From Macrostomum lignano (Eukaryota), in assembly GCA_002269645.1 (NCBI GenBank), contig NIVC01001568.1, forward strand, positions 1 to 64,000: a stretch of 64,000 nt of DNA, in the 5' to 3' direction. Made by a program: the position numbers and the translations under genes. Shown piece by piece: positions 1 through 13,000 of the stretch. The notes beneath the pieces are model-generated. The model made no database searches and had not been told where the DNA came from. It was given only the letters and a program-made list of their open reading frames with translations. The first letter of the stretch is position 1. Each line of letters starts with the position of its first letter.

Positions 1-108
1 GAAGGTTTCTTGGATGTTTGGGAGAGGTAGGGAAATAGTTCACCGCGCGAGTTTAACACTCGGAAATCGCGACAATGCGAATGGTGCCATCTTTCTTTGG
101 CACGATGA

Positions 109-1604
109 CTAGTGGGGTGGAATAGGTGGAATAGCAGGACGGATGAGATTTTTCGCTAGCATATCGTCTAGCTGGGCGTCAACCTGCTTTTGGAGATGGG
201 GAGGAATTCGGCGGGTAGGGATTCTCACAGGGGTCTCGTCTTTCAAAGAAATTTCGTGGGTCACTAAATGAGTTAGCCCCATATCGAGGTCATTTTGAGA
301 GAAAGCTTCTCGGTGTTCTTTTACTAATGCTACTACTGCTGCTCTCTGTTCAGTAGTCAATTCAGGACCAATGCTAATTTCACTCACCCACTCTTCTTCA
401 GTGGCTTGAACTTGATTGACACGGGCTGAGTCTTGTACTTCTGCTGCTGCTTGCTGATCTGATGTCGGCGGCGGCAAATAGAGCAGATCCTTGGCCTTCA
501 CGGGCTTAGCGAGCCCTACCAGTGCAGATTTGGGCAACTTGACTTCAACGGGGTGCCGATTCACAATTTCGACGACTGCGGTGCCCTGCTGCATGGTGAC
601 CAGAGTCGGGATCATTTCGATCGTTAGCTCTTTGGCTCTTACGCCATCTCCAATCGTTTCTATGGTCATTGGGGCGCCATAGTTAGCTTCGGCATTTTTC
701 GCCATTCTTACTGGAATGCGCAGTGCGCTGTTCGCAGGGATAGTTGCCTTTTCTTGAGTGTACACTCTGCAGACTCGTACAGGCATGTGCGTGTACTGCA
801 TAGGTATACAGGCTCCTTCTTTCAGGATCAGCATCCCTTTTGTCAAGTGAATGCTTTCGCACTGCTCAAGAAAGAACTCCATTCCCAAAATGTTGTCACA
901 TTCGTGGCCACACAATAGGAATGTTATTTCAATTCGAATGTCTCCAAACTCAACAGCAACGGAAATTTCTCCTTCTAGCTGTACTGTGGCTCGTCAAAAG
1001 TAGATACTCTTCTACTTGTACTTTTAATTTGCTCAGGCTTGAAAATTTTAGACCAGACTGACTTACTCAGGAAATTATTGCTAGCTCCAGTATCTAGCAG
1101 GAAGTCAATCTCTTGGCGATTGATGTTGCCTACTACGATTGCTTCGTAGCTCTTGGGGCTGATTAGCTCGAGTTTGGCATTGGCTGGAGTCTTCTTGGAT
1201 TTGCGGCGGCGGTTTCGACGCGACTTCTTGGGCTTGACTGTCATCGGCGTGATGACTGAGGTCTCGGCGGCTGACACATTGGGCGAAGTAAGCAATTGGG
1301 ATGCTGCGGCGGCAGATGCGGGTGCTGCAGCAGCGGGTGCTGATACTGTAGACATAGATGATGCAGGCATAGTAGACGCAGTTGGTGCAGACATAGTGGA
1401 CGCAGTTGGTGCATTTCGCATAGATACAGGGTGCATTTTCGCATTGGGTGCATAAGCATTTCGCTTGCGCCTTTTTACAAGTTGCCATCCTCCGTTTGCT
1501 GTATCACAAGCGGGTTGGCGGGGATTTTGGGAGGCCTGCATTTCGCTTGGGGCTCTGCTTGAGGGACGTGGCCTCGACTTCCGACCCTCGCCATTCAGTT
1601 TCCC
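109..1604 (-). pseudogene. pol: Gypsy pol N-terminal part: low-complexity leader, aspartic protease, linker, RT start; one internal frameshift near 980
   Basis: The -1 frame after G GGA AAC runs without a stop into ORF 975-1541 (DTGAS motif). ORF 109-915 continues with ILGMEF and the RT N-terminus. Confidence 0.85.
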
Positions 1605-2559
1605 TGATTCGGGTTTCTTGGCGGAAATCGGTGCTGGTTGGGTCTAGCCGATGGTGGCTGAGACTGCGCTTGGAACCTGGGGCGCTGGTTCATTAGCGGG
1701 GGTGGCTGTGGCTGATACGCCCTGGGCTGATATCGCACAGGCTGGGGCTGAGGAGCCATTTGCTGATAACGTACAGGCTGAGGCTGTACTACAGCAGGCT
1801 GATAGTGCATTGGCTGAGTAGCCATTGGCTGATACGCCTGCACCTTCTCTTTGCGGCTTTCTGCCTGTAGCTCCTGAATGAGTTTTCGCTGCTTTTCCAG
1901 CTCCTCTTTCTGCTTCTTGACAATTTCTGTCAGACTCTCCTTCTCCCCTTCTTCATCTTTCATCACTCTTACTCCGTTCTTGTGAGACATGTGCCAAGCA
2001 GCTTCAATGCGCCTCAACATGCGCCTAGCTTCCTGCAAGCTAGCTGGCTGCGCAAAAATCAGTTTCTCCCTTGTATCTGAGGGGATTCTGACACCTTTTA
2101 TGAATTGTTCTACCACCTCCTCTTCTCGTTGCTCGGCATTCATGTTTGGGAATGCTCGGCTTGACAGCTCTATCAGGGCATCCGCGAACATGTCGGTCGC
2201 CTCATTTCTTCCCTGCATCCTTCCCTAAATTCTTCACGGAACTCGGAAGCACTTCCTAGCCTACCAAATCTTTCTACAAGCCTATCCTTGAACTCCTCGT
2301 AGGTCAGCTCTTCTGGCAAATTCAATCGCTGAACTGCAGCGAAAGCAGTGGACAAGTCCAAATTAGCTACTAACTCAGTTTTCCTATTGGCTACGTCTAT
2401 TCCTTCGGCGTCACATCGCTGATCAAAGGCTACCAGCCAGATTCGGATGTCTTGGCTGGGGGTATACTTCTGAATTTTAATATGTCTCATGGGCCCTAGT
2501 TCTAATCTATTCCTCAACTCTTCTGCTAATAGTCCAATAGCATCGTTGATTGCTGCCAT
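1595..2559 (-). pseudogene. gag: Gypsy gag, split by a frameshift near 2220
   Basis: Two consecutive ORFs with capsid-like patterns (KYTPSQDIRIWLVAFDQRC; EEVVEQFIKGV), a Q/P-rich C-terminus and no CCHC knuckle. Confidence 0.85.
1598..1604 (-). promoter_or_regulatory. -1 ribosomal frameshift slippery site G GGA AAC at the gag/pol junction
   Basis: Minus strand reads CAG GGA AAC TGA: an X XXY YYZ heptamer directly before the gag stop, an open -1 frame, and a downstream GAGGG/CCCTC stem. Confidence 0.75.
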
Positions 2560-2757
2560 GGCTTCCGAGTCTATAATTTCTCTTTGTCAATTCGACTTTT
2601 TCAGCAATATCGGGTCTTTTCACCGGATCTCGATCCCTTTCCGCTGCCACCAAGTTGTCGTAGGGCACTTTTATTATTTTCTAAATCCCACCGCTATCGC
2701 CAAATTTGTTGCAGGGATAATTAACTATTATAAACTATTCCACCGATGTCACCAAGT

Positions 2758-3410
2758 TGTTGTAGGGGGTTTGGCTATAATTCTAGAATTTCATTATATT
2801 AGCTTATTGGATTCGTTATGAGCTACTAAAATACGGCGTAACTGAGGTAAGACTATGGCTTTCACGTAAGCACGGATTGCCCTGGTAGCGCGCAGTGCCC
2901 GAGCGGCAAGACACTGTTCAGCTAGGGGGAGAGGGGGAAAGACTAAGTCCTAAAGCAGCGTCCTCCAATGGATCGAGGTTGCCCGGTGAATTTCAATTTC
3001 CTCTTACGGATTTGCTCTTGTCAGGTACGACTTTCTCATTGGTTGTTCAATTCGAATATTACTAATGGGATATATCTCCCTTTTCTATTGGCTCTACGCC
3101 TCTGCTCTTTGCAGGTACGCAATTGGCTCTTAGACTACTCGTCTTTTTCTCTTGGTAATTTCTACCTTCTGTCCAATGAGCATTCGCTCTTAGTTTTCTA
3201 GCAAATGAAGGAAGGCTTGAAACACTTCTTCAATTTTATAGGCAATTCGCCTATGAACCAGAAGGTGTAAAACTTCGGTTGCCTCTCTGGGCACAAAATT
3301 CGCTTCTATTTATACTAAAATTGGGGTGGGGAACAAGACGCGTTTAAACAAAGTTCTAAAAATATACGTTTCCATAGTAAAGGCGGGAATTTAAAACTTG
3401 GCCTCTCTCA
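2758..3410 (-). repeat. 5' LTR of the left Gypsy element
   Basis: Starts TGTTGTAG (plus strand) next to the PBS and ends in CA at 3410, exactly where homology to the tandem unit starts. Contains a TATAAATA-like motif (minus, ~3306-3313) and CCAAT-like repeats. The second LTR is not in the window. Confidence 0.6.
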
Positions 3411-3772
3411 AACTCAACTAATATACTAGTAATTATATAGCTACAAGTATAGCCATATTGTTTAAAAAAATTGAAGTTGATTTGAGAAAATCTAAAAAAA
3501 AAGCTTCTACTAAAACAAAAGATGAAATAATTCAATTAAGAATTTAAAAAATTAAGGATATCAAATTTATTTTTGTAAAAAAAGTTAATCATTATTATAT
3601 TAAAATAAAGAACAAGCTAATAATATAACAACTAGCTAATCAGTGGAAACTTTAAGGGAGTGACACAGGACATGTATAGTGTACCTTGTTAGGTTTAATT
3701 TTTTAAATGGAAAATGCATCATAAAATACATGTGCCTTGGTAATCTAAAAAAACAAATAATATAATATGTAC

Positions 3773-3950
3773 CAGTGGCGCAACCAGGGGGGGGGCGGTC
3801 GCCCCCCCCTTAGGCGGGGACCGAAAAAAAATCAAAGGGGGGACCAAGCGAATTTTCGCCAAAAACAGAGCCACCCCTCCGCCGCCCCCTCCCGGGACTT
3901 TACCCTCAGAATCCGCCCCCCCCCTTGAAAAATTTCTGGTTGCGCTACTG
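3773..3950. mobile_element. hAT-type MITE (copies also at 7624-7812 and 11487-11669)
   Basis: TIRs CAGTGGCGCAACCAG / CTGGTTGCGCTACTG; 8-bp TSD TATGTACC (perfect in copies 2 and 3). Confidence 0.85.
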
Positions 3951-4582
3951 TATGTACCTTTTGTAATACCTTAGTTCTATATAGGTACAAACTAAAAGCA
4001 AATAATAAATTATATATAGTTACTTAATGGCCAATGATTCAATAAATTTAAATATCTTACGGTACTATAAATTAAAAACATTTTTTTCAAAGTTTATATA
4101 ATTTATTATATAAATTAAAATATCTAACTAATTCAAGAAAAAAGCTTTTCAAATTTGTAATATAATAATGATATTGGCCTTTAAAATGAAAATTATAAAT
4201 GAATTAATTATGTTTTTTATAGATACCTAGTAAAAGTGGTACATAGTGGCCTATTTTTGTGATTAAGTCTATTCTTCTCAAATCTTAGGTCTAGTCTAAA
4301 ATATAGGCCTCGCTTAAAAACTGATAATACAACTTTCTCAAGCCTAGGTAAAAAAACAATATGAAATTACACATAGGAAATCTATATATTATGAAACTAA
4401 AGAATCATTGTCTAAATTTAATTACTTTTTAGCCTAGATAGATAGCCTAGATAGGTGATGGTCTAGTTCTAGGTGTAGCCAGAAATGGGTATAGCCAGGA
4501 ATTTCCTATGGTCTGGGGGGATACAAAAGGTGAATTTTCTGTGGGGGATTCACCAAGGTAAAAGTGCTCACATGATGCCGAC

Positions 4583-5030
4583 ATGGATGCTATGGACGGG
4601 CTTCCAGATAAAGTGAACAATATTACGCAGGAAGAACAAGCATCTTTGTATTACGTCTGCGGATATATTGCTTTCAAAGATAGCCTTGATTCTCCGTACG
4701 ATGGGCCAAGCACCTACGATAATTCCTGCGAATTCGCATCAATGGTGTCGCGTGGCAGGCTAAAACATCCTCCAGAGTGGTTGCTACTTTTTTCCTTTTT
4801 TTGCTACTCGTTTTTTTGCCACACTAATTCCAGATGCGTCAATAACACAGCCAAAGCATTTGCTACAATCTATGACGCGTTTTTTGATGTGCCAATTGAG
4901 ACTGCTTTATTGCAACGCATCTCGAAGAGACTAACGAACATATTTTTTTAAGGGGCTCGTTAGACGAGACTCAGAGCCTCAGAGAGAAACGAGCTCCACC
5001 GCACGTCGGCTGCGCAAGTTGAATCCTTAA
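4583..5030 (+). pseudogene. C-terminal fragment of a P-element/THAP9-like transposase (copies start at 8446 and 12303)
   Basis: Motifs LYYVCGYIAFK and VSRGRLKHPP match the P/THAP9-like C-terminal region. A poly-T frameshift at ~4945 hides the continuation to ARRLRKLNP*. The 5' part is absent at the array junction. Confidence 0.65.
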
Positions 5031-5345
5031 CAGATTTTTTGGAGATTTTACAATCATTTTACAATTTGTTTTTTATTTTCCAGTTTGCTGTTTGCTTTTT
5101 CAGCCTGAATCCTTTGCTCATAACGTTGCTCGTTGCTCATAACGCTATAATTTCTATATTCCCTTTTTTGTTTACTATTTTCCCTTCTATCATAGTTTAA
5201 AGTTATACATGTACGCTTGCATTTTCAGCCCAAAAACCTTCATAAATTTATTTTTGTCTAACTTACATTTTTGTAATACTTCGGGTGTGTCATATTATTA
5301 AGTAGCTAATGTCAATGTCACTACCAGAGCAGATTCACTTGCCAT

Positions 5346-5479
5346 CAGTGGCGCAGCCAGGGGGGGCCCGGGCCCCCGAAATTTACCCCCCCCCATTCGG
5401 AGAAAAAATTCTAACCCCCCTCCTCTGGGTGTTAAATGCTCCCCCCCCCCCCCCGAAATAATGTCTGGCTGCGCCACTG
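5346..5479. mobile_element. Second CAGTGGCG-type MITE (copies 9209-9342 and 13065-13199)
   Basis: Perfect TIR CAGTGGCGCAGCCAG / CTGGCTGCGCCACTG; no clean TSD. Confidence 0.7.
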
Positions 5480-6804
5480 CTCATCACCATCCAGCCAGAA
5501 AATCCGAAACCACCTTACAGTTAGTTGTGCGACCGTGCATTGTCTATCTGCCACAGAAGCTCGTCCAGGTGAATCGTGAATTGTGGACCTGATTAGAGCG
5601 TGCGACTTGTCGAGATTCATGGTGATTTTTGTTCGCTGCGTAGACGAGTTTTCAACGCGTATGCGTTGCGCTGGCTATAGCTATCGGCTTAACGAATTAT
5701 TGCCGTAGGTTGGGCCATAAACATCCAATGCATGTCTCGATTGCACTGGTATCGATTCACTATCACTAAGAAACTTTGCAGCTGCTCTACATGCACGCGA
5801 ACACCCGACACACCCAAAATAATGACACACCCGAAATAACTCACCCGCATTTGATGTAGAGATACATTCTGAAAAAATAATGTTGGTCTTCCACAGAAAA
5901 TATCGAGCGCTTGATATTGTCTGGTCTTCCAGTTTTGTCTAAATAAGCTCTTTATTATTGGTGCACATTGTTCTGTAACTGTTTACTGCATTCATTTAAG
6001 CAAGTTTTCTACAAGCTAAAGTACTTTTGTGCTGCTTGATAATTGCAATGCCAGGACCAAAACTTCAAAGGCATGGTCAAGAGAAAAGGAATCAGAGCGC
6101 CACAATACGCTCACCGAAAAATGTTTGCAGCAATTAGAGCACAATTTGCATAACGTTAATGTATAAGATTCTTAAGATTTCTAGACCTATACTGCTAGAG
6201 TTTACTAAAACTTTTATAGCACATCGTACCATATCAGATAGTCTAGGATGAAAAATTCCTGATAACTGAGCTAGCTACTAGTTGAGCCGCAATCGATTTC
6301 GATAATCGGCCTCCAAAACTCTCCATCATTTTCAGTGACCTCCAAGTCAAAACTGTTGACTACGCACTCAGTATTTAGCTGTCAGTTTACTGCATACATT
6401 TATATACTATACAAAACTGCATTTTATTTACTCAATGTTTCTCTTGTATTTGCCTGTTATGAGCTGAGCATTTTACCAGCCTTTATTACTTATATTTTCG
6501 GCATAGCGCATCTTTGTGCTGGGTTTCATTTTTGTGCATATGAAAAGAAGTGTTTAAGAAACAATTATATTTTTTATATAATATCAGTATGTATACAGAA
6601 TATATCTATTCATTTCTTTTTTAATACTTTTTAATACACATAATATATATTATAATCAGCAAAAATTCCTTGCAAGTAAAATTATGAAAAGTTCACATTG
6701 TACAGGAGAGAAAAAAAGTTTTGTCTGTTAATTTTACTCAAATAAAAGTGAAGTTCTTCACTTTGGGAGTTAATCAATATGAAAGACAATGCCAGCAAAA
6801 ATGA

Positions 6805-7060
6805 AAACTGTACCAATGAGTGTGGAGAGCCAGTGTCAGCCAGCAAGCAGTTGAATAACCGCAGTCACATCTTGAAGCAGTGCACAATAGATCAGCATCA
6901 ATGCTTGATGTTGTCTGGTTAGCAGCCAGAGCATAGCCATCTTTTGTATGTTGACAGCCAAACCAATTGCTGCCACAAAAGCAACCAGCCTGCCTAGCTT
7001 CCTAGGGACAAGTGGGCTGGACATAGAACACCTTGCCAGTCATTAGGTTGGACAAATATG
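6805..7060 (-). pseudogene. Possible very old Gypsy gag-end/protease remnant (repeated in each tandem unit)
   Basis: With one frameshift it reads LLQDVTAVIQLL..ADTGSPHSL, resembling a retroviral protease DTG motif. CpG-depleted, with stops. Confidence 0.3.
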
Positions 7061-10000
7061 AAGCATTGGCCAATACAAAGCATGGTAGATAGGCTTAGAA
7101 GGTAGATAAGAGACCAGGAAAGTAGTTCAGGCTTGTTGCTAGTGGCTGGAAGAAAGAAATATTAAAAGGTGAACTACTCAGGTTTAATGTAAAAATGGAT
7201 GCTGGTCAAAGATATACAAAAGTTATTTAAAATTATATAAGGCATTAAATATATTTGGCAACTCAACTAATATACTAGTAATTATATAGCTACAAGTATA
7301 GCCATATTGTTTAAAAAAATTGAAGTTGATTTGAGAAAATCTAAAAAAAAAAGCTTCTACTAAAACAAAAGATGAAATAATTCAATTAAGAATTTAAAAA
7401 ATTAAGGATATCAAATTTATTTTTGTAAAAAAAGTTAATCATTATTATATTAAAATAAAGAACAAGCTAATAATATAACAACTAGCTAATCAGTGGAAAC
7501 TTTAAGGGAGTGACACAGGACATGTATAGTGTACCTTGTTAGGTTTAATTTTTTAAATGGAAAATGCATCATAAAATACATGTGCCTTGGTAATCTAAAA
7601 AAACAAATAATATAATATGTACCCAGTGGCGCAACCAGGGGGGGCGGGGGGGGCGGTCGCCCCCCCCCTTAGGCGGGGGACCGAAAAAAAATCAAAGGGG
7701 GACCAAGCGAATTTTCGCCAAAAACAGAGCCACCCCTCCGCCGCCCCCCCTCCCGGGACTTTACCCTCAGAATCCGCCCCCCCCCCTTGAAAAATTTCTG
7801 GTTGCGCTACTGTATGTACCTTTTGTAATACCTTAGTTCTATATAGGTACAAACTAAAAGCAAATAATAAATTATATATAGTTACTTAATGGCCAATGAT
7901 TCAATAAATTTAAATATCTTACGGTACTATAAATTAAAAACATTTTTTTCAAAGTTTATATAATTTATTATATAAATTAAAATATCTAACTAATTCAAGA
8001 AAAAAGCTTTTCAAATTTGTAATATAATAATGATATTGGCCTTTAAAATGAAAATTATAAATGAATTAATTATGTTTTTTATAGATACCTAGTAAAAGTG
8101 GTACATAGTGGCCTATTTTTGTGATTAAGTCTATTCTTCTCAAATCTTAGGTCTAGTCTAAAATATAGGCCTCGCTTAAAAACTGATAATACAACTTTCT
8201 CAAGCCTAGGTAAAAAAACAATATGAAATTACACATAGGAAATCTATATATTATGAAACTAAAGAATCATTGTCTAAATTTAATTACTTTTTAGCCTAGA
8301 TAGATAGCCTAGATAGGTGATGGTCTAGTTCTAGGTGTAGCCAGAAATGGGTATAGCCAGGAATTTCCTATGGTCTGGGGGGATACAAAAGGTGAATTTT
8401 CTGTGGGGGGATTCACCAAGGTAAAAGTGCTCACATGATGCCGACATGGATGCTATGGACGGGCTTCCAGATAAAGTGAACAATATTACGCAGGAAGAAC
8501 AAGCATCTTTGTATTACGTCTGCGGATATATTGCTTTCAAAGATAGCCTTGATTCTCCGTACGATGGGCCAAGCACCTACGATAATTCCTGCGAATTCGC
8601 ATCAATGGTGTCGCGTGGCAGGCTAAAACATCCTCCAGAGTGGTTGCTACTTTTTTCCTTTTTTTGCTACTCGTTTTTTTGCCACACTAATTCCAGATGC
8701 GTCAATAACACAGCCAAAGCATTTGCTACAATCTATGACGCGTTTTTTGATGTGCCAATTGAGACTGCTTTATTGCAACGCATCTCGAAGAGACTAACGA
8801 ACATATTTTTTTAAGGGGCTCGTTAGACGAGACTCAGAGCCTCAGAGAGAAACGAGCTCCACCGCACGTCGGCTGCGCAAGTTGAATCCTTAACAGATTT
8901 TTTGGAGATTTTACAATCATTTTACAATTTGTTTTTTATTTTCCAGTTTGCTGTTTGCTTTTTCAGCCTGAATCCTTTGCTCATAACGTTGCTCGTTGCT
9001 CATAACGCTATAATTTCTATATTCCCTTTTTTGTTTACTATTTTCCCTTCTATCATAGTTTAAAGTTATACATGTACGCTTGCATTTTCAGCCCAAAAAC
9101 CTTCATAAATTTATTTTTGTCTAACTTACATTTTTGTAATACTTCGGGTGTGTCATATTATTAAGTAGCTAATGTCAATGTCACTACCAGAGCAGATTCA
9201 CTTGCCATCAGTGGCGCAGCCAGGGGGGGCCCGGGCCCCCGAAATTTACCCCCCCCCATTCGGAGAAAAAATTCTAAACCCCCCTCCTCTGGGTGTTAAA
9301 TGCTCCACCCCCCCCCCGAAATAATGTCTGGCTGCGCCACTGCTCATCACCATCCAGCCAGAAAATCCGAAACCACCTTACAGTTAGTTGTGCGACCGTG
9401 CATTGTCTATCTGCCACAGAAGCTCGTCCAGGTGAATCGTGAATTGTGGACCTGATTAGAGCGTGCGACTTGTCGAGATTCATGGTGATTTTTGTTCGCT
9501 GCGTAGACGAGTTTTCAACGCGTATGCGTTGCGCTGGCTATAGCTATCGGCTTAACGAATTATTGCCGTAGGTTGGGCCATAAACATCCAATGCATGTCT
9601 CGATTGCACTGGTATCGATTCACTATCACTAAGAAACTTTGCAGCTGCTCTACATGCACGCGAACACCCGACACACCCAAAATAATGACACACCCGAAAT
9701 AACTCACCCGCATTTGATGTAGAGATACATTCTGAAAAAATAATGTTGGTCTTCCACAGAAAATATCGAGCGCTTGATATTGTCTGGTCTTCCAGTTTTG
9801 TCTAAATAAGCTCTTTATTATTGGTGCACATTGTTCTGTAACTGTTTACTGCATTCATTTAAGCAAGTTTTCTACAAGCTAAAGTACTTTTGTGCTGCTT
9901 GATAATTGCAATGCCAGGACCAAAACTTCAAAGGCATGGTCAAGAGAAAAGGAATCAGAGCGCCACAATACGCTCACCGAAAAATGTTTGCAGCAATTAG

Positions 10001-13000
10001 AGCACAATTTGCATAACGTTAATGTATAAGATTCTTAAGATTTCTAGACCTATACTGCTAGAGTTTACTAAAACTTTTATAGCACATCGTACCATATCAG
10101 ATAGTCTAGGATGAAAAATTCCTGATAACTGAGCTAGCTACTAGTTGAGCCGCAATCGATTTCGATAATCGGCCTCCAAAACTCTCCATCATTTTCAGTG
10201 ACCTCCAAGTCAAAACTGTTGACTACGCACTCAGTATTTAGCTGTCAGTTTACTGCATACATTTATATACTATACAAAACTGCATTTTATTTACTCAATG
10301 TTTCTCTTGTATTTGCCTGTTATGAGCTGAGCATTTTACCAGCCTTTATTACTTATATTTTCGGCATAGCGCATCTTTGTGCTGGGTTTCATTTTTGTGC
10401 ATATGAAAAGAAGTGTTTAAGAAACAATTATATTTTTTATATAATATCAGTATGTATACAGAATATATCTATTCATTTCTTTTTTAATACTTTTTAATAC
10501 ACATAATATATATTATAATCAGCAAAAATTCCTTGCAAGTAAAATTATGAAAAGTTCACATTGTACAGGAGAGAAAAAAAGTTTTGTCTGTTAATTTTAC
10601 TCAAATAAAAGTGAAGTTCTTCACTTTGGGAGTTAATCAATATGAAAGACAATGCCAGCAAAAATGAAAACTGTACCAATGAGTGTGGAGAGCCAGTGTC
10701 AGCCAGCAAGCAGTTGAATAACCGCAGTCACATCTTGAAGCAGTGCACAATAGATCAGCATCAATGCTTGATGTTGTCTGGTTAGCAGCCAGAGCATAGC
10801 CATCTTTTGTATGTTGACAGCCAAACCAATTGCTGCCACAAAAGCAACCAGCCTGCCTAGCTTCCTAGGGACAAGTGGGCTGGACATAGAACACCTTGCC
10901 AGTCATTAGGTTGGACAAATATGAAGCATTGGCCAATACAAAGCATGGTAGATAGGCTTAGAAGGTAGATAAGAGACCAGGAAAGTAGTTCAGGCTTGTT
11001 GCTAGTGGCTGGAAGAAAGAAATATTAAAAGGTGAACTACTCAGGTTTAATGTAAAAATGGATGCTGGTCAAAGATATACAAAAGTTATTTAAAATTATA
11101 TAAGGCATTAAATATATTTGGCAACTCAACTAATATACTAGTAATTATATAGCTACAAGTATAGCCATATTGTTTAAAAAAATTGAAGTTGATTTGAGAA
11201 AATCTAAAAAAAAAAGCTTCTACTAAAACAAAAGATGAAATAATTCAATTAAGAATTTAAAAAATTAAGGATATCAAATTTATTTTTGTAAAAAAAGTTA
11301 ATCATTATTATATTAAAATAAAGAACAAGCTAATAATATAACAACTAGCTAATCAGTGGAAACTTTAAGGGAGTGACACAGGACATGTATAGTGTACCTT
11401 GTTAGGTTTAATTTTTTAAATGGAAAATGCATCATAAAATACATGTGCCTTGGTAATCTAAAAAAACAAATAATATAATATGTACCCAGTGGCGCAACCA
11501 GGGGGGGGGCGGTCGCCCCCCCCCTTAGGCGGGGGACCGAAAAAAAATCAAAGGGGGGACCAAGCGAATTTTCGCCAAAAACAGAGCCACCCCTCCGCCG
11601 CCCCCCCTCCCGGGACTTTACCCTCAGAATCCGCCCCCCCCCCTTGAAAAATTTCTGGTTGCGCTACTGTATGTACCTTTTGTAATACCTTAGTTCTATA
11701 TAGGTACAAACTAAAAGCAAATAATAAATTATATATAGTTACTTAATGGCCAATGATTCAATAAATTTAAATATCTTACGGTACTATAAATTAAAAACAT
11801 TTTTTTCAAAGTTTATATAATTTATTATATAAATTAAAATATCTAACTAATTCAAGAAAAAAGCTTTTCAAATTTGTAATATAATAATGATATTGGCCTT
11901 TAAAATGAAAATTATAAATGAATTAATTATGTTTTTTATAGATACCTAGTAAAAGTGGTACATAGTGGCCTATTTTTGTGATTAAGTCTATTCTTCTCAA
12001 ATCTTAGGTCTAGTCTAAAATATAGGCCTCGCTTAAAAACTGATAATACAACTTTCTCAAGCCTAGGTAAAAAAACAATATGAAATTACACATAGGAAAT
12101 CTATATATTATGAAACTAAAGAATCATTGTCTAAATTTAATTACTTTTTAGCCTAGATAGATAGCCTAGATAGGTGATGGTCTAGTTCTAGGTGTAGCCA
12201 GAAATGGGTATAGCCAGGAATTTCCTATGGTCTGGGGGGATACAAAAGGTGAATTTTCTGTGGGGGGATTCACCAAGGTAAAAGTGCTCACATGATGCCG
12301 ACATGGATGCTATGGACGGGCTTCCAGATAAAGTGAACAATATTACGCAGGAAGAACAAGCATCTTTGTATTACGTCTGCGGATATATTGCTTTCAAAGA
12401 TAGCCTTGATTCTCCGTACGATGGGCCAAGCACCTACGATAATTCCTGCGAATTCGCATCAATGGTGTCGCGTGGCAGGCTAAAACATCCTCCAGAGTGG
12501 TTGCTACTTTTTTCCTTTTTTTGCTACTCTTTTTTTGCCACACTAATTCCAGATGCGTCAATAACACAGCCAAAGCATTTGCTACAATCTATGACGCGTT
12601 TTTTGATGTGCCAATTGAGACTGCTTTATTGCAACGCATCTCGAAGAGACTAACGAACATATTTTTTTAAGGGGCTCGTTAGACGAGACTCAGAGCCTCA
12701 GAGAGAAACGAGCTCCACCGCACGTCGGCTGCGCAAGTTGAATCCTTAACAGATTTTTTGGAGATTTTACAATCATTTTACAATTTGTTTTTTATTTTCC
12801 AGTTTGCTGTTTGCTTTTTCAGCCTGAATCCTTTGCTCATAACGTTGCTCGTTGCTCATAACGCTATAATTTCTATATTCCCTTTTTTGTTTACTATTTT
12901 CCCTTCTATCATAGTTTAAAGTTATACATGTACGCTTGCATTTTCAGCCCAAAAACCTTCATAAATTTATTTTTGTCTAACTTACATTTTTGTAATACTT

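Larger units (their letters stand above)
1..3410 (-). mobile_element. Ty3/Gypsy LTR retrotransposon, 5' part (5' LTR, PBS array, gag, protease, start of RT); decayed and truncated in RT near 109
   Basis: Gag-like ORFs 2173-2559 and 1595-2218; protease FLLDTGASNNF in 975-1541; RT N-terminal segment DMGLTHLVTHEISLKDETPVRIPTRRIPPH in 109-915; tRNA-Leu-like PBS motifs at 2633-2755; TG..CA-bounded segment 2758-3410. Confidence 0.9.

Noticed and set aside
2633-2767. CRISPR-like repeat-spacer look
   Set aside because: Eukaryotic retrotransposon context, only three degenerate units, no cas genes, and the repeat is explained as LTR end plus PBS; kept as a separate finding under that reading.
6335-6634. 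99-aa ORF repeated three times
   Set aside because: AT-rich with no motif; repeated only because of the tandem amplification.
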